Positions 10,311-22,649 of a stretch of 64,000 bases of DNA are shown here, one piece after another. Both the position numbers and the translations under genes were made by a program. Under the pieces are notes generated by a model, which saw only the letters and a program-made list of their open reading frames with translations, did no database searches and was not told the origin of the DNA. Where the stretch lies: NCBI GenBank assembly GCA_013239625.1, contig MU053799.1, positions 62,001 through 126,000 of the forward strand. Reading direction: 5' to 3'. Position 1 is the first letter of the stretch; each line of letters begins with the position of its first letter. This DNA is from Lama guanicoe (Eukaryota).

Positions 10311-12948
10311 GTTTCAGAGAACAAAACAGAGAATACAAAATTCCATGGCTCACCCGTTCTAGTGTGTCCAGATGATTCAGCGCAGCTCAGTATTTCCTAC
10401 TCTGGGCCCTGAGGGAAGATGAATCTGGAGTGTCCTTGTCTTCAAGTCCCAGAGAGATTTCTCCCAAGTTCATCAGGGCCACTTCCACTGTCCTGAGTCT
10501 GTAGATCTCTTACTCCAAAAGCCTTTCTCAGTGAGGCTGGGTCAGAAGATTCCCCCACCTTTTAAAGCCTGTGTAATCCAATCCTTAACATCTAAATCCA
10601 ATCACGTTTTAGAACCAGTTTATCCCGAAGGTATTGTCTAGAGTGATTGCCAAAACCTTTCATCCAAATAGCCAGTGAAAGGAAACAATGTGGGTGGGGC
10701 TTCAGGGCCAGGCCCTGGGGCTGACTTCCTGGTCTGCCCCGAGGTGGGAGTCCCTGTCCGGATATCTGGCCTCCAGAGGTCCACCACCTGTGTCGTAAAC
10801 TATTGGGGAGCAGTTGGGGGTGGGGGAGGTAGCCCACGCAGCTCTTCCAGTGGAGCCTGAGCTGAAGTTAGTAACCTAAAAGGGCAGAAGTCCTCTTCCA
10901 ACACCAGAAAGTTCTCCAGCTCTAGAGAGCAAAAACCTGCTCTCCTGCCCTGGTGGAGGTGGGGGGCGCCGGGGGGGCAGCCAGCAGGCAGGGCTGACTC
11001 CCAAGCGGTCTGCAGTTGAAGGCTCAGCACCCCTGGCATTCCTGGGTGCCCAAGTTGGGTCCTCACTGTTGGTCTTCATGCTTAACCCAGGAGCATCTTC
11101 TAGGCAGGAACCCATTCTTTCTCAATCCAGTTCTGGGGGTAACAGGATAGCCTGGTCACCCCTTCCTCTACCCTCCTTCCCCTTGCCTCCTCCTTCCCTC
11201 TCCCTTCCCTCGGCACCACCTAGATTATATCTCAAGCTTTCCTTCCCACGGCCTTTACAGTCCTCTGCACACAGACTCCTGGGCAAAGGGAGGGCTTCAA
11301 ACAACTCCCAATTGGCAAGAATTATTTGTATTTCCACTCCTTCAAAGACAACCAAGGCACAGAATTAGAACAGAGATAAAGTTCACTAATGAAAGCCTTC
11401 TCAGGTGCTGTAACCTGATATAACATCAAAAACACCTTTCTTATCAGGTCAACACATTGTAGCTTTAAATTTACAAAATATGTGTGAATTATATCTCAAT
11501 AAAGCTGGAAAAATAAGTATAAATGATCTGACTACTAGAAAGAGCTCATTCTTATATATATATATTTTTAAATGAAGGTTGGTGAGTATCAAAGCCTTAT
11601 GCTATCTGTATTCTCTTGGGTACATTTTAAAGCGTGATATTAGCAGTTTTATTTACTAAAAGTGTCTATTTTTATTGTATGCCGGAAACTGCATCCTTTG
11701 CAGTGTTTACACTCATGATGGAAACATTTTGGCTGCCGACTTTTAGATGTCTGCAAAACCTTAGGGGGAAAGAAGGAGTTTTGACTACTTATAGTTTAGA
11801 CCCGCGCTTTTAAAGAGTACTTAAATCTCAGCATCTCCTGGGATGTTGTTAAATGGATAGATTCCAGTGCTGCATCTCACACCTGAGAAACTCAGATTGC
11901 CAGGGGAGGGGACTGGGAATCTGAACGTTCAATATTGTCCCATTTGATTTCGAAGTGAGGGTGGCCTGGGGTGTAAAATCTTCAGATACTTTCAGAAGCG
12001 TTGATCTCATCTGTCTTATGATTAAAACACCCATGAGTCCGTGCCTTCAAGGGGAGCCTGAGTGTGGGCTGAGGGTCAGGAATTATTTTTCCTGCATTTG
12101 ACACTTAGGCTGAGCCTCTGCTTTGGGAGAGCGTGTTCATGGTGACACAGTAGAACAATCAGAAGCTGGAGCTAGAGCTGGTAGCCCCCCCCTCCCCCTC
12201 AGGGATTCTGGGAGCCCCACCTCCTTTTCTGGGGCTTCTGAATGTTCTGCCGTGTGTAGGGCAGTTGGGATGTGTAAACAAAGCCCAGAGATGTGGATCC
12301 AAACTTCTCAATTCAGGCTGCACTTTTGAATCACCGAGGCTGTGCATCTTAAGCCTCCATGAAACTAAGGAATCACCGAAGCATCTTGTGAACGTGCACA
12401 TTCTGGTCCAGCAGTTCTGGGTGGAGCCTGAGCGTCTGAATTTCTCACAAACTCCAAGGTGACAGCCATGCTGCTTGGCCAAGGACCAAATTTTGAGCAG
12501 TAAGTACTAGGGAACTTTTGAAAAATCCTAATGTCCCAGTTAATTCTGCTGATCCTACTTCAAACCAACAGAACCAGTATCTCCAGGAGAGGGACCAGGG
12601 AGTCTGTATTATTAAAGGTCCCAGATAGTTCTAAGGAGCAGGTGGCGTGCAAATCCTCTGCTTCAGATGGCGACAGCCCCTGCACAGCGTTCCCAGGGTG
12701 AACAGCCTATCACTCCCTGTTGTGGGCTTAACTGTATCCTCCAAAGTCCTGATTATGGTGAAGTCTTAAACACTGCCCCACCTTGTAACCATATTTGGGG
12801 GTAAGACCTTGTCCAGCCTAGAGAGTCTGAGCCTCACAGATGCTCACAACGTATTATTTAATCAGTAACTGCAGACTCCTGGGGTTTACGCAGGAGGATT
12901 AGGGTAACAGATCACAGACGACACCAGGGGATTGACAGTGAGGTTCCC

Positions 12949-12954
12949 TTTATT
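12949..12954 (-). terminator. Probable PRAME polyadenylation signal AATAAA
   Basis: Plus-strand TTTATT about 300 bp downstream of the PRAME stop codon. Confidence 0.6.
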
Positions 12955-13250
12955 TCTGATTGTTTCTTTATAACCATCCATGCAGGGATCACTCCCCCAT
13001 CCACCCCCAAGCCCCAATACCCCTCCAGAAATTCAGATTCCTATTTCTAACTCTATGGGGCAAATCTCCCCAAGATCCCATCAACTCCCGAGTCAACAAA
13101 CATCCCCCCCCCAGCTCTGAATCGCTTTTTCTTTTCCCGCTCACACTGAACAATGGTCAGAAACTGTGGCTTGTGTCCCTTTGAGATGCACCTAGGTCTG
13201 GGCGGCCACATGTGAATGCCCAGAAGGAGGTCTGGGATGCGGGTACCCAG

Positions 13251-13827
13251 CTAGTCAGGCATGTAACAGGGGCACAGGATGGGGTCTGGGTCGTAGAAGG
13301 TCCTGTCCCCACAATGGGGACAGGGGTTGGCGCTGAACCAGACCATGCTGGGCCGGCCCGACTCCCGCAGCATCTGCTTCAGCCGGGCGTGCAGCTGGGC
13401 CAGCCGGCCCAGGTGCAGGGTGCCCCCCACGTCCTCGTAGCTCTCCAGGGGCGCAGGGTACAGCACGTGGCTCAGCTTGCTCAGCCCCACGGTGTGACAC
13501 AGCAGGCTCTCCAAGACGGCCATGGAGATGGGGTTGCCGCAGAAGCTAAAGGTCATGAGCTGGGAGCAGCGGCTCAGGGCAGGCAGGATGGCACTGAACT
13601 GGGCATCCATGATCCCGCACTCGTCCAAGTCCAGGTCCTGGAGGGTGGCAGAGGTTCTCTCGATCAGAACTTGGAGGGGCTCAGAGCTTACATTGGTCAG
13701 GCTGACCCCGCTGAGACCCAGGTCCTTCAGCTGAGTGATGCTCGGGGACTGGGACAGATGCATCAGGTCTGATTCCGAAATCAGGCAGTTGGTTATCGAC
13801 AGGGTCTCCAGGGGGTTCTTCAGGCAC
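13251..13827 (-). CDS. PRAME: PRAME last coding exon (LRR region, C-terminus)
   Basis: Acceptor TCTCCCCAG|G. Encodes [14 protein letters not shown]...[11 protein letters not shown]...[26 protein letters not shown]. Phase matches the previous exon. Confidence 0.95.
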
Positions 13828-14906
13828 CTGGGGAGAGATGGAGCAGTTAGCCCTGGGGGATGGAGGTGGTGGAACCTGGGGTGGGCCAGGCTGTGAGGGA
13901 AGAGAGGCCCATTTCACCCAAACCCCAAGTCTTCCAAGGGATGTTGCCATGCGGTGAACAAAGAGGTCAGGTCAGCCCAGGGTCAAACAGAATCCTTTCT
14001 CCATTCCTAATCTGCTGTGACCAGGTCAACACATGGGAACCTCAGAGGCTCCCCATGCTCACCCATCAAGCAGGGCACCACGTACCCCTCACAGGTGCTG
14101 TGAGCACACATAAGGTAACAGCAGCAGGTGCCTGCTGGGGAGCCTGACCGTGGGTCCCGAGCAGGAAAGGAAATCAGTGATCTTCACTATTGGCAAGCAT
14201 GACTGGAAATGCTTTCAACTCGGGGTTCCTTCCAGCCACTGCCTGGACCCCACCACCCATCTCTCTGTTCCCAGTGAGGCTACAGGGAGCCAAGAATGAA
14301 GGGCTAAGCCAGGTGAGGTCTGGCTACGTCCAGTCTGCAGGGACAAACTCAGGTCACTGTACCACATACCCACTGACCACCCACCGCTTTCCAGTTCTTC
14401 ACTCTGGATCTCCCCCTTCAGCTCCAGAATCACACACTTCCCACATGTCATCTCACCCATCAGGAGCTTAAAGCAACCCTAAGGTAGACAGGAATTTGAG
14501 GCAGGGGGTAGGGAGTGACTCTGGTTGACAAACTGCTGAGTGCAGAGCTTCTGAGCTGAAATCTCATGCCCGAGGGCTTTCCCCTAGCAGTGCCCTCCTC
14601 ACTTAGTCATTTTCGATCATCTTAACTTGGACATCTCTCTCTGGCAGAATTCCCAGAGCTACTTCCACCTGGCCTGAAGCCCACACAGTAGAGTCCCAGC
14701 AAGGGGTCCCTTTGGATGGCATCTGACCTAGTTCACACATCTGACTTACCTATGCGTTGGGATAGAGCAGTGGGATCGTGGGGACCCCCCAGTGGCCTGT
14801 GCACCCTAGCACCACCCCCAGCTGGCACGTGGTCCAGAGATGCCCCAGGCGTAACGAGAAGGCAGAGGCCTGCTCTGGTCTGCAGGGAAATGGAGCCACA
14901 CCTCAC

Positions 14907-15515
14907 CTGAGCACCTGGTCCAGGCGGCCCTCGAGGAAGGAGATGGAGTCGAGGTAGAGCTCCTGCAGGTGGTGCAGACTGAGAAACTGTGCAGTAAGCT
15001 GGCTGACACAGTGCTCTTCCTCCCCCGGCGCAGCGTGCGGGGCCATGTGGATGTGGGACAGGAGGAGCCGGCGCAGGTTAACCATCTGGCCCAGGTAAGG
15101 CGCGAACCTCCCCAGGGTGGCCAGCTTCCAAGTGCAGTTCACCTCCAGATCCTGGACAGAGTCCAGCTGCACCATTTTCAGCATCTTCTGGATGGTCTGC
15201 ATTGGCATCGCAAAGATCTTCAGCTTCTGACAGCACAGCCGGAGCGAGCCTCCCCTCTGCTTGACCTTCTTAAGGAGGTAGGTGAGGGACTGGTCAGGGG
15301 TGCCCTCCTTGAGGCATAGGTCAATGAGCACCTCCACGGGGACTGGGGGCTGCTTTGGCCCTGCCCTCGAAACTTCCACTCGCCGCCTCTTCCTCATCGG
15401 CGGGGCGGCCTCTGGCTCCAGCAGTGAGCACAGGCTGGCCCTGCTGCTGGACCACATGGCCCAGAAGTCCTGGTGAGCGTTCCTGCGCAAATCCAGCACC
15501 TGCAGCTTCCACCTC
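14907..15515 (-). CDS. PRAME: PRAME middle coding exon (609 bp)
   Basis: Acceptor CCCCGCAG|G and donor AG|GTGAGG. Encodes [10 protein letters not shown]...basic NLS-like RKRRR...[10 protein letters not shown]. Confidence 0.95.
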
Positions 15516-15851
15516 CTGCGGGGTGAATGGCAGATGGACTGAGATGGTCAAGACCAACGGGGACGGAGACAGTGCATCTCAGAACCCAGACAAGGACTCT
15601 ACACCCCAGATGCCAGCTGCTCCCTGTGCTTCCAGGCCCTTCTTGGTTCCCACTTTAAGTGCCACCAGGAGGGGGAGGGCGCATGTGCCTTTGGTCATCT
15701 CTGCATCTTAATCAGCCCTGCCTGCCTGCAAGCCTGTCCAGAGCAGACCGGCCATAGCCCCAAGGCTGCCCTGTGGCCCAGCACCCTCCCTGACACCCCG
15801 CTGCATCTTCCTCGGACCCTCAGGCCTATCCACCTACTGGGTCACTCTCAC

Positions 15852-16144
15852 CTGGGGCGGACCTCCTGGGTGAGCAGGACATCCAGGCCATCAATTGCAG
15901 CTTGGAAGGTGTCCAGGTGAGGCTGGTGCTCCCTCATCAGGGACCCCAGCGGGAGGCAGGGGAAGGGCCAGGCCTGCACCATGGCCTTCAGCATCTCACT
16001 GTGCCTCCCAGCAAAAGCCACCGTGAACAGCGGCGGGAAGAGCTCAGTGGGCAGCTCCTCCAGGGCGGCGATGGCCAAGGCCTCGTCCCGCAGCAGGCTC
16101 TGGCCTGCCAGTTCCAGGAGTCGGAGTGGGGTCTGGACGCCCAT
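15852..16144 (-). CDS. PRAME: PRAME first coding part (ATG at 16144; exon starts at 16171)
   Basis: [40 protein letters not shown]...[10 protein letters not shown]...QEVRPR (BC-box/Cul2-box region). Donor AG|GTGAGA. Spliced total 293+609+577=1479 nt, 492 aa. Confidence 0.92.
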
Positions 16145-16470
16145 CCTGAAGAATCTGCTGCGGAATGAGTCCTGGGGGAACATCCAGAGAGCAAGACGTC
16201 CTTCTCGGGCCAAGCACGAGTGACCCCATCATCATTCAACCCTCCAGGGACCCAACTCAAGGCTAAAGCCACTGCTCTGGCCAGTGGGTGCCCAGGAGCC
16301 TGAGAGCTGACCCACCCTCTTCAGAGAAAAGTTTCTGATTATCACTCAAGGACTGAAAACAGGAAGAATGATTTCAGCCCAGCACAGTCTCTTTCTAAAC
16401 TCCAACAAATAACCCAGATGGGAAAGATTAAGGAGCACCCGCACAGCCGTTTACAACTCTGTAAATGAGA

Positions 16471-16711
16471 CACACTGCTGTAATAAGACAGATAAACAAC
16501 AGGGACCCACTGTATAGCACAGGGTACCATATTCAGTATCTTGTAATATATAATGGGAAAAAATCTGAAAAAGTATATACAGAGAGTATATGTGTAACTG
16601 AATCACTTTGCTGTACACCTGAAACTGACACAACATTGTAAATCAACTGTATCTCAACCAAAACTTCATTTTAAAAAATCTTAACTACTCCCCTCACAAT
16701 TTAAAAAAAAA
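16471..16711 (+). mobile_element. 5'-truncated LINE-1 3' end in a PRAME intron, 13-bp TSD
   Basis: L1 3'UTR text (ACTGTATAGCACAGGG...GAATCACTTTGCTGTACACCTGAAACT) with A-tail. TSD TCTGTAAATGAGA at 16458-16470 and 16712-16724. Confidence 0.85.
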
Positions 16712-19700
16712 TCTGTAAATGAGAAACCATAAAAGCAGCATGACAGTATTTGCTAGTATGTAGAGGGTACAGATGAAAAAAAAAACCCTCCAAAATGCCC
16801 CTTTTATGTGTCTCTTCAGTGAATATCATTATTACCACTTGGCTCAGGGGAGCAAAGAGCTCACATTCAGAACAGAGCCTCCACTCTTTAAAATAGTATA
16901 TGGAATTTTTTGAAAAAGCTTTTAGTTTTTAAAACAAAAACGAACAAATAAAAAATTCTTCAAACTAGTAAAATCACACAACCATAAATAATCATAATCA
17001 CTGGTCACAAACCAAAAATGTGAAACATCATCCAAAAATTCCAATTAATTAGATGTCTTCCATTTTTAAAAAATCCTATTCGGTTAAGAAATAGAGTAAC
17101 CGTCTGTAAGAATGACATAAACCAAAGCAGGAATCAAAGCGTTTGGGATTAAGGCAAAACTGCGTTTAGAAGAAAAAGCAAGGCCTGCTTTTGCAAACGT
17201 GTATGGAAAGACAAAGAAAAGTTCTCTGGGTGATTGATGTTGGCCTGAGGGGCCTGCCCGAGGAGACCCAGGCTCGGGCAGCACTCAGAGCCCAAGGATC
17301 CTGACACCAGAGTGGGTGGGCGTGGTGCAGGGAACCTTCTGCTCCAGGCCTCGGGGTCCCGCCTCTGGCTCCCCAGAAGCAGTTACAGGCCTCTCTGGCC
17401 ACACTTTCAGATCCTAGCTGAAATTTCCATTTCCAACTGAAAGCGAAATCTTATCGCTGGATCTCCACCCAGCTAATGCTGCTTGGATCTTTGACTTTCT
17501 CCTTACATACAATTGATGGGATCATATGCCCACTCATGAGAGAGGTAGATAAAAAAGAGAACACCAACCTGGAAGTATATTCGTTGAGGGAGTTTGGGCC
17601 ACATCAAAATTATCCAAATGTTTGAGGTAAGACAGCTATATGCAGACAGTGGGGTCACCCCACAAGAAAAAGAAAGAAACAAAATAAAATTCCTGGGTAC
17701 CAAACAGTCACTTACATGTTACCTAAAACTGTAAAATAAACGTGTGCTCATTCATGGGAGAACAGAGGTACAACTGAGGGGCAGTGGATATTCCAGATTT
17801 TAAGGGTCAAGGCTTCCCCAGAGGGGGAGGGCAGGTCAAAATTAACACTAAGAGTTAACCAGGAGGAGGCAGTGGCCAAGCGTTTGTAATGAGACCAAGG
17901 AAATCACCCAGGACCGGGAAAAGTGTACTTTGTTTGGAAAATTTCCAAGACTTTTGTCTGGATGGACTTGAGAAATTGCAAGTGGATTGGCTAAAGAGGA
18001 AACCAGGTGGATCCCTTAATCCCAAAACAAACCCACAACCCAGTCTTCCTCCCTCCCTGGAGGGAAAGGGCGTTCCCTCCCAGAAACTGGAATCAGCTAA
18101 CCAGCTTGAGAAGATTAAATGTAGGAATGTGGATTGGGAGTGGCCTGAATAGTAGCGGTGGCCAAACCTGGGACACTCCCTGTCCAGTTCTGAAAGCCAC
18201 TGAGGGGTCAGAGCTGTGGGCTCCTTGGGATCTTGAAATCAAAGAGAGAAATAAAGGCGGGGCCAAGATTGGGTGACCTTTCCCACACCTCAGCCCCTCC
18301 CAGGAAGCTGGTCAGGCCCAGGCACTGTCCAGGGTTCTGGACCCTAACCATGCTCTTCAAAGACCCCTTCCCAAGCGTAATTTGACATTTCCTCAACCCT
18401 AGGGAACAAATGATGCAAAAGCAGCTTCAAAAGCCCCTAGCCTCTCCCCTAAGCCTCTCATGCACAGGGATGCTGATGAGAGCATGCCATTAAGCCCAGA
18501 AATAAGTCAGTTTTTCCTCTGGCTCCACCTTAAGCACAGGTGCGCTTACACTGATGCCTCTCCGTTTCCCCTTAGGAGATGTGAAGCTACATTTGTACCG
18601 AAGGGCCTGGGGCTGATTCCCGTGCTGGGCTGGCTCACACCTTGGTTCTCCTGAGGTTTCAGAACACAGAGAGACGGAACCTCTGCATCGCGATGATTCT
18701 CCGGGCCTCTCCACCCCCTGCATTGTGATGCCGTAACAATGCTTCTGCTCCACTGGCGAGGAAGAGGCAGGCACTCTCGGAAGGATACTTTCCATTTTGG
18801 TAATTTCCCAGAGACTGCTTTCTCCAAATTCCTACCATTCCATTTGCCTAGGACAGGGTTAAGTCAGAACGTGTACTATGGGCATTTTAACTCCCAGGCA
18901 ATCACCATCACCAATCAGCAGCAGGAGATGGAGATGAGCGACAATAACCAGAAATGTCCCTGTTATGGGGCAGCCACTGGGCGCAGTTGTAGTGCTGGTG
19001 CTTTCCATCTAGTGCCTCAAATAACCATCACAAAAAAGCTACAGTTCACTGTTAGTTTCATTTTCAGCCTAGTGAATCCGGTACCCAGCCAGGGGAGGAC
19101 ACTGCTGTGCTCCGTGCAGGGGGTAGCCCGTAGACATGCTCCGGGAGAGGTTTGGATGGATCCGCCCCAGTGAGCATTAGAACACATGGACTGACTTCCC
19201 ATGGACCTCAGGGAAACAGGAAATGGCAGATGTCCACACATGGGATGTTTCCATGGGCTCCCAGTGTCCAGGAGATCAAAGGAGCCAGGAGGCACCACTG
19301 TCTTCGAATGATCTAAAAATGTGCACTATTAACCAAACAGTCTTCCCCTGTCAAGCAGGGGACACCCCTCTGCCCACCTCCACCTCCACGCACTTTGTCC
19401 TGGATGCTGTTCTGCTGGAGGAGGGTCAATGGTCCTCAGGGTTCCAGGACCATTGGTATTAGCCCCGAAGGCACAATCTGCTATGCCTCATGCTGACGGC
19501 TGGCAGGAGGCACTGGGCAAAGTGGATGCAGTCACAGGGTCATCTTCTGCCCAGCTGGCCCCCTCCTACCACCTTGACACCCAGACTCCCCCTTCTATCA
19601 GCAATCCTTGATTTACTCAAAACATTTATGGGGTGCCTGGGGTGCCTCAACTGCTGTTCTGGGAGACAGCAAGGGACACCCAGGGAAAGAGCCTGACCTT

Positions 19701-19719
19701 CCTCTAGTTATTAAATACC

Positions 19720-19980
19720 AGGAAGGTGATGAATCACATGATAAATGTAATTAACATTGCTGCCGGTGATACGTGAAACTCGTTGAGAGTAAATCCTAAG
19801 AGTTCTCATTACAGGGGAAAATTTTTTTTCTACTTTATAATTTTGTATCCATGTAAGATGATGGATGTTCACTAAACTGGGGCCATCACTGCACCATGTA
19901 GGTAAGTCGAATGGTGATGCTCCACCCCTTAAACTCATCCAGCGCTGTCAATGCTATCTCAATATGACTGGAAGAAAAAC
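19720..19980 (+). mobile_element. Older LINE-1 3' end (L1MA-like)
   Basis: GAGAGTAAATCCTAAGAGTTCTCATTACA...TATCTCAATATGACTGGAAGAAAA. Confidence 0.6.
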
Positions 19981-21931
19981 AATGTCTTGGTTTTCTGCTC
20001 AGTGTATCTCTAAGGCATGGACCTGGTGTTCTACTAAGCAGACAAATGAAAAGGAAGCAAGCCAAAAAAAATAATAACAGGCCACCTGGTCTGCAAGGTG
20101 GAGCAGGGCCATCGAGGTGACAATGCCCACTCAAATTTCAAAGCAACCTTCGTGATCTAAGGCAAAGCTATGATTTTCCTGCAGCCATGACGTATTTTTT
20201 CAAAACATTAGGAATTCTCTTATGTGATTGGTTGTAAATGTTTAGAGAAGTTAGAAAAAATTAAAATAGTAAAACTACTTTTTTTTTTTTTTTTTTTTTA
20301 GTATTCTGTGTTTTTAAGCCCCAAGAGTTAAAATGGTTTGTTTCTTTGGGAAAAACTCATCAAGAGTAGTTTCAACATCAGTTGCCTTTTTTTTTTTTTA
20401 TTTGCCTTCTTATCACGTAAGTTTCACTGGGGGCGAACATCTTTTCCACGCCCTGGTGAACTGTCACACTGCCTCCTAAGCCTAGATCTGCTTCCAACAT
20501 TTTATCCGTTGTGCTTTTAGGGCCTGAAAGATCTCAGAGTTTCTCTACTGTGAAGAGATCTGCTGGCATCACTGCCTCTGGGACATCTTCATTTTTCAGT
20601 TACAACCATGTTCAGTCATTCACGCTTTTCTGGGAGATCGGGAATGTGAGCTCGAAGCTGGATTCGGAATCAGAACAGTGGGTAAACATCAATTTTTTCT
20701 TTCCATGTGCAGCGACTAAGGCTCAGAAGGGGGAGTCACAGAGCGGGCCACAGGTGGGTGACCCGGGAATGAGGCCCCTGGCTCCTGGCCCAGGGCTCCC
20801 TAAGCCTTCACTTGCGCCAGCCCAATGGGAGGGTGCCCAGAGAAGTCGCCTGAGGACAGGAACATCCCACTCTATCTGTGGGAGGCAGACAAAGTCGGGG
20901 ACGAGAGGGGAGGACAGGAGCCCCCATTTAGGGGGCACTGCCCATCACAATCCAGGGACTCAGCAGGTATGTGGGTCCTGCCAGGTCTCCTAGGAGGAGG
21001 GGGAGGGGTGCAATAATTGAAGAGAAATCTGTAAAGACCTGCGCTCACTGCCTCGAGGCACCTGTGCTCAGCAGTTGTCCCCCTGGAGTTCAGAGCATCT
21101 CCTGGGAGGAAACCTCCCAGCGCTGCAGGCCCCTGACAGGAGCAAGTCAGCAGATGTGCTGAGGGTGTGTCACCAAGGGCCTGGGGAGCAGACTGCATGA
21201 GACGGGGGCTAAGAAGGGTGTGGGGAGCCCAGCTCCCACTGTGGCTTCAGGAGCACAGCTCCGGAGCATCTCCCCTGTGGCCTGGGCCCTGCTCACCCTC
21301 CTGTCCGCGGGGGGTGAGAAGCACTAAGGGGCCTTCTAGCAGCCCAGGGCTGACCCTTCTCCCTCTGCCCCAAACTCCTCCAGAGTCATGACCCTGACCT
21401 CTCCCCTTTGCACATCCTCCTCCTCTCAGGGTCCCAGGTCCAGTCTGTCCTGACACAGGCACTGTGTCTGCGGCTCTGGGACACAAGTTCACCACACCCT
21501 GCTCTGGAGGCAGCAGTGACGCTGGGGGTTACCAGGCCTCCTGGTATCAACAGCACCCATAGGCTTCTCTATACCCCCAATGCACAAGGTCGTCCTCAGG
21601 CCTGGGGTCCCCTCTCCATCCTCCAGCTCCAAGTCTGGCCACGTGGCCTCCCCAGCCTCCTTGGGCTGCGGTGGGAGGACTCGCTATGCTGTCTTGTTGC
21701 TTTCTTTCCCAGAGTGGCGCCTACCTCCAGTGGTCCCAGCCCCAGCTTAGGGAGACTACAATCCCCCAGGGCTCACCCACCCTATCCCTGCGTGACACCA
21801 CACAGGAGCCAAATCTCGGGTCTGATGCCAGCCCTGCTCCTTCACCCTGAATACAGGTTCTGAATGTCACCGTGGCTTCAGAAATGGGTCCCCAGCATGC
21901 TGAAACTGCTTCTTATAAAAAGGCAGCAGGA

Positions 21932-22064
21932 GGGGGCGTGGGGAGAGCTCAGTGGTAGAGAACGTGCTTAGCATGCACGAGGTTCTGGGTTCAATCCCCA
22001 GTACCTCCATTTAATAAATTAAAAAATAAACCTAATTACCTGCCCACCACCAACAACAAAAAAC
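21932..22064 (+). mobile_element. tRNA-derived SINE (Vic-1-like)
   Basis: AGCTCAGTGGTAGAG...GGGTTCAATCCCCAGTACCTCC, A-rich tail, and TSD AAAGGCAGCAGGA / AAAGGCAACAGGA. Confidence 0.85.
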
Positions 22065-22246
22065 AAAGGCAACAGGAAGGATGCTCCATTGGGGAAGTGA
22101 CTTGGAAAGATAAAGGCTGTCCCTCATCTTCCTTCCCCTGTGAGGGCCTCAGGATGCAGACTCCATCCAGCTCCAGCACGATGACCAGCACGGAGAGGAT
22201 GAGCGGGCTTCTTGGGACACCGAGACTGTCCAGGGGACCAGCTTAC

Positions 22247-22329
22247 CTGAAGATGTCTTCCACCCACACTGGTCCAGCTCCGACTGGCCTCAGGTCCTCC
22301 AAAACTCGGTCACCAGTGTCCACCCAAGT
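22247..22329 (-). other. PRAME: PRAME upstream exon (orthologous to the human exon carrying the start codon)
   Basis: Acceptor TTGCTCTCAG| and donor CAG|GTAAGC. TTGGAGGACCTGAGGCCAG resembles the human PRAME 5' region as recalled. Last 7 codons are in frame with the exon at 16171. Confidence 0.7.
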
Positions 22330-22649
22330 CTGAGAGCAAGAACCAAAATGCTACAAAAACAGGGACTGCGTGTGAACACGTGTACTGACCAAGCCACGGG
22401 CTCCCAAGAAAATCTCTGGGAACACTGCTGAGGGCAAAACTGAAAACTGGAGCACCGAACCCGCCCTTTCCGCGCCAGTCTCCTCCTACTGCCAAACCCG
22501 ACTAATTTCTCATGGGCTGAACCAGCGGTCAACCGAAGGGCAGACCCTGGGCTCAGGTCAAAATCACCTTCCCCTCTAGGACACTGACCTCTATCTTGCA
22601 GTCACATTTCTGACCCCCATGCCCTGGCAACTCCAGAGGGGACAGGTTC

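Noticed and set aside
13212..13772. 186 aa plus-strand ORF and other ORFs antisense to PRAME or ZNF280A
   Set aside because: Shadow frames of GC-rich coding exons.
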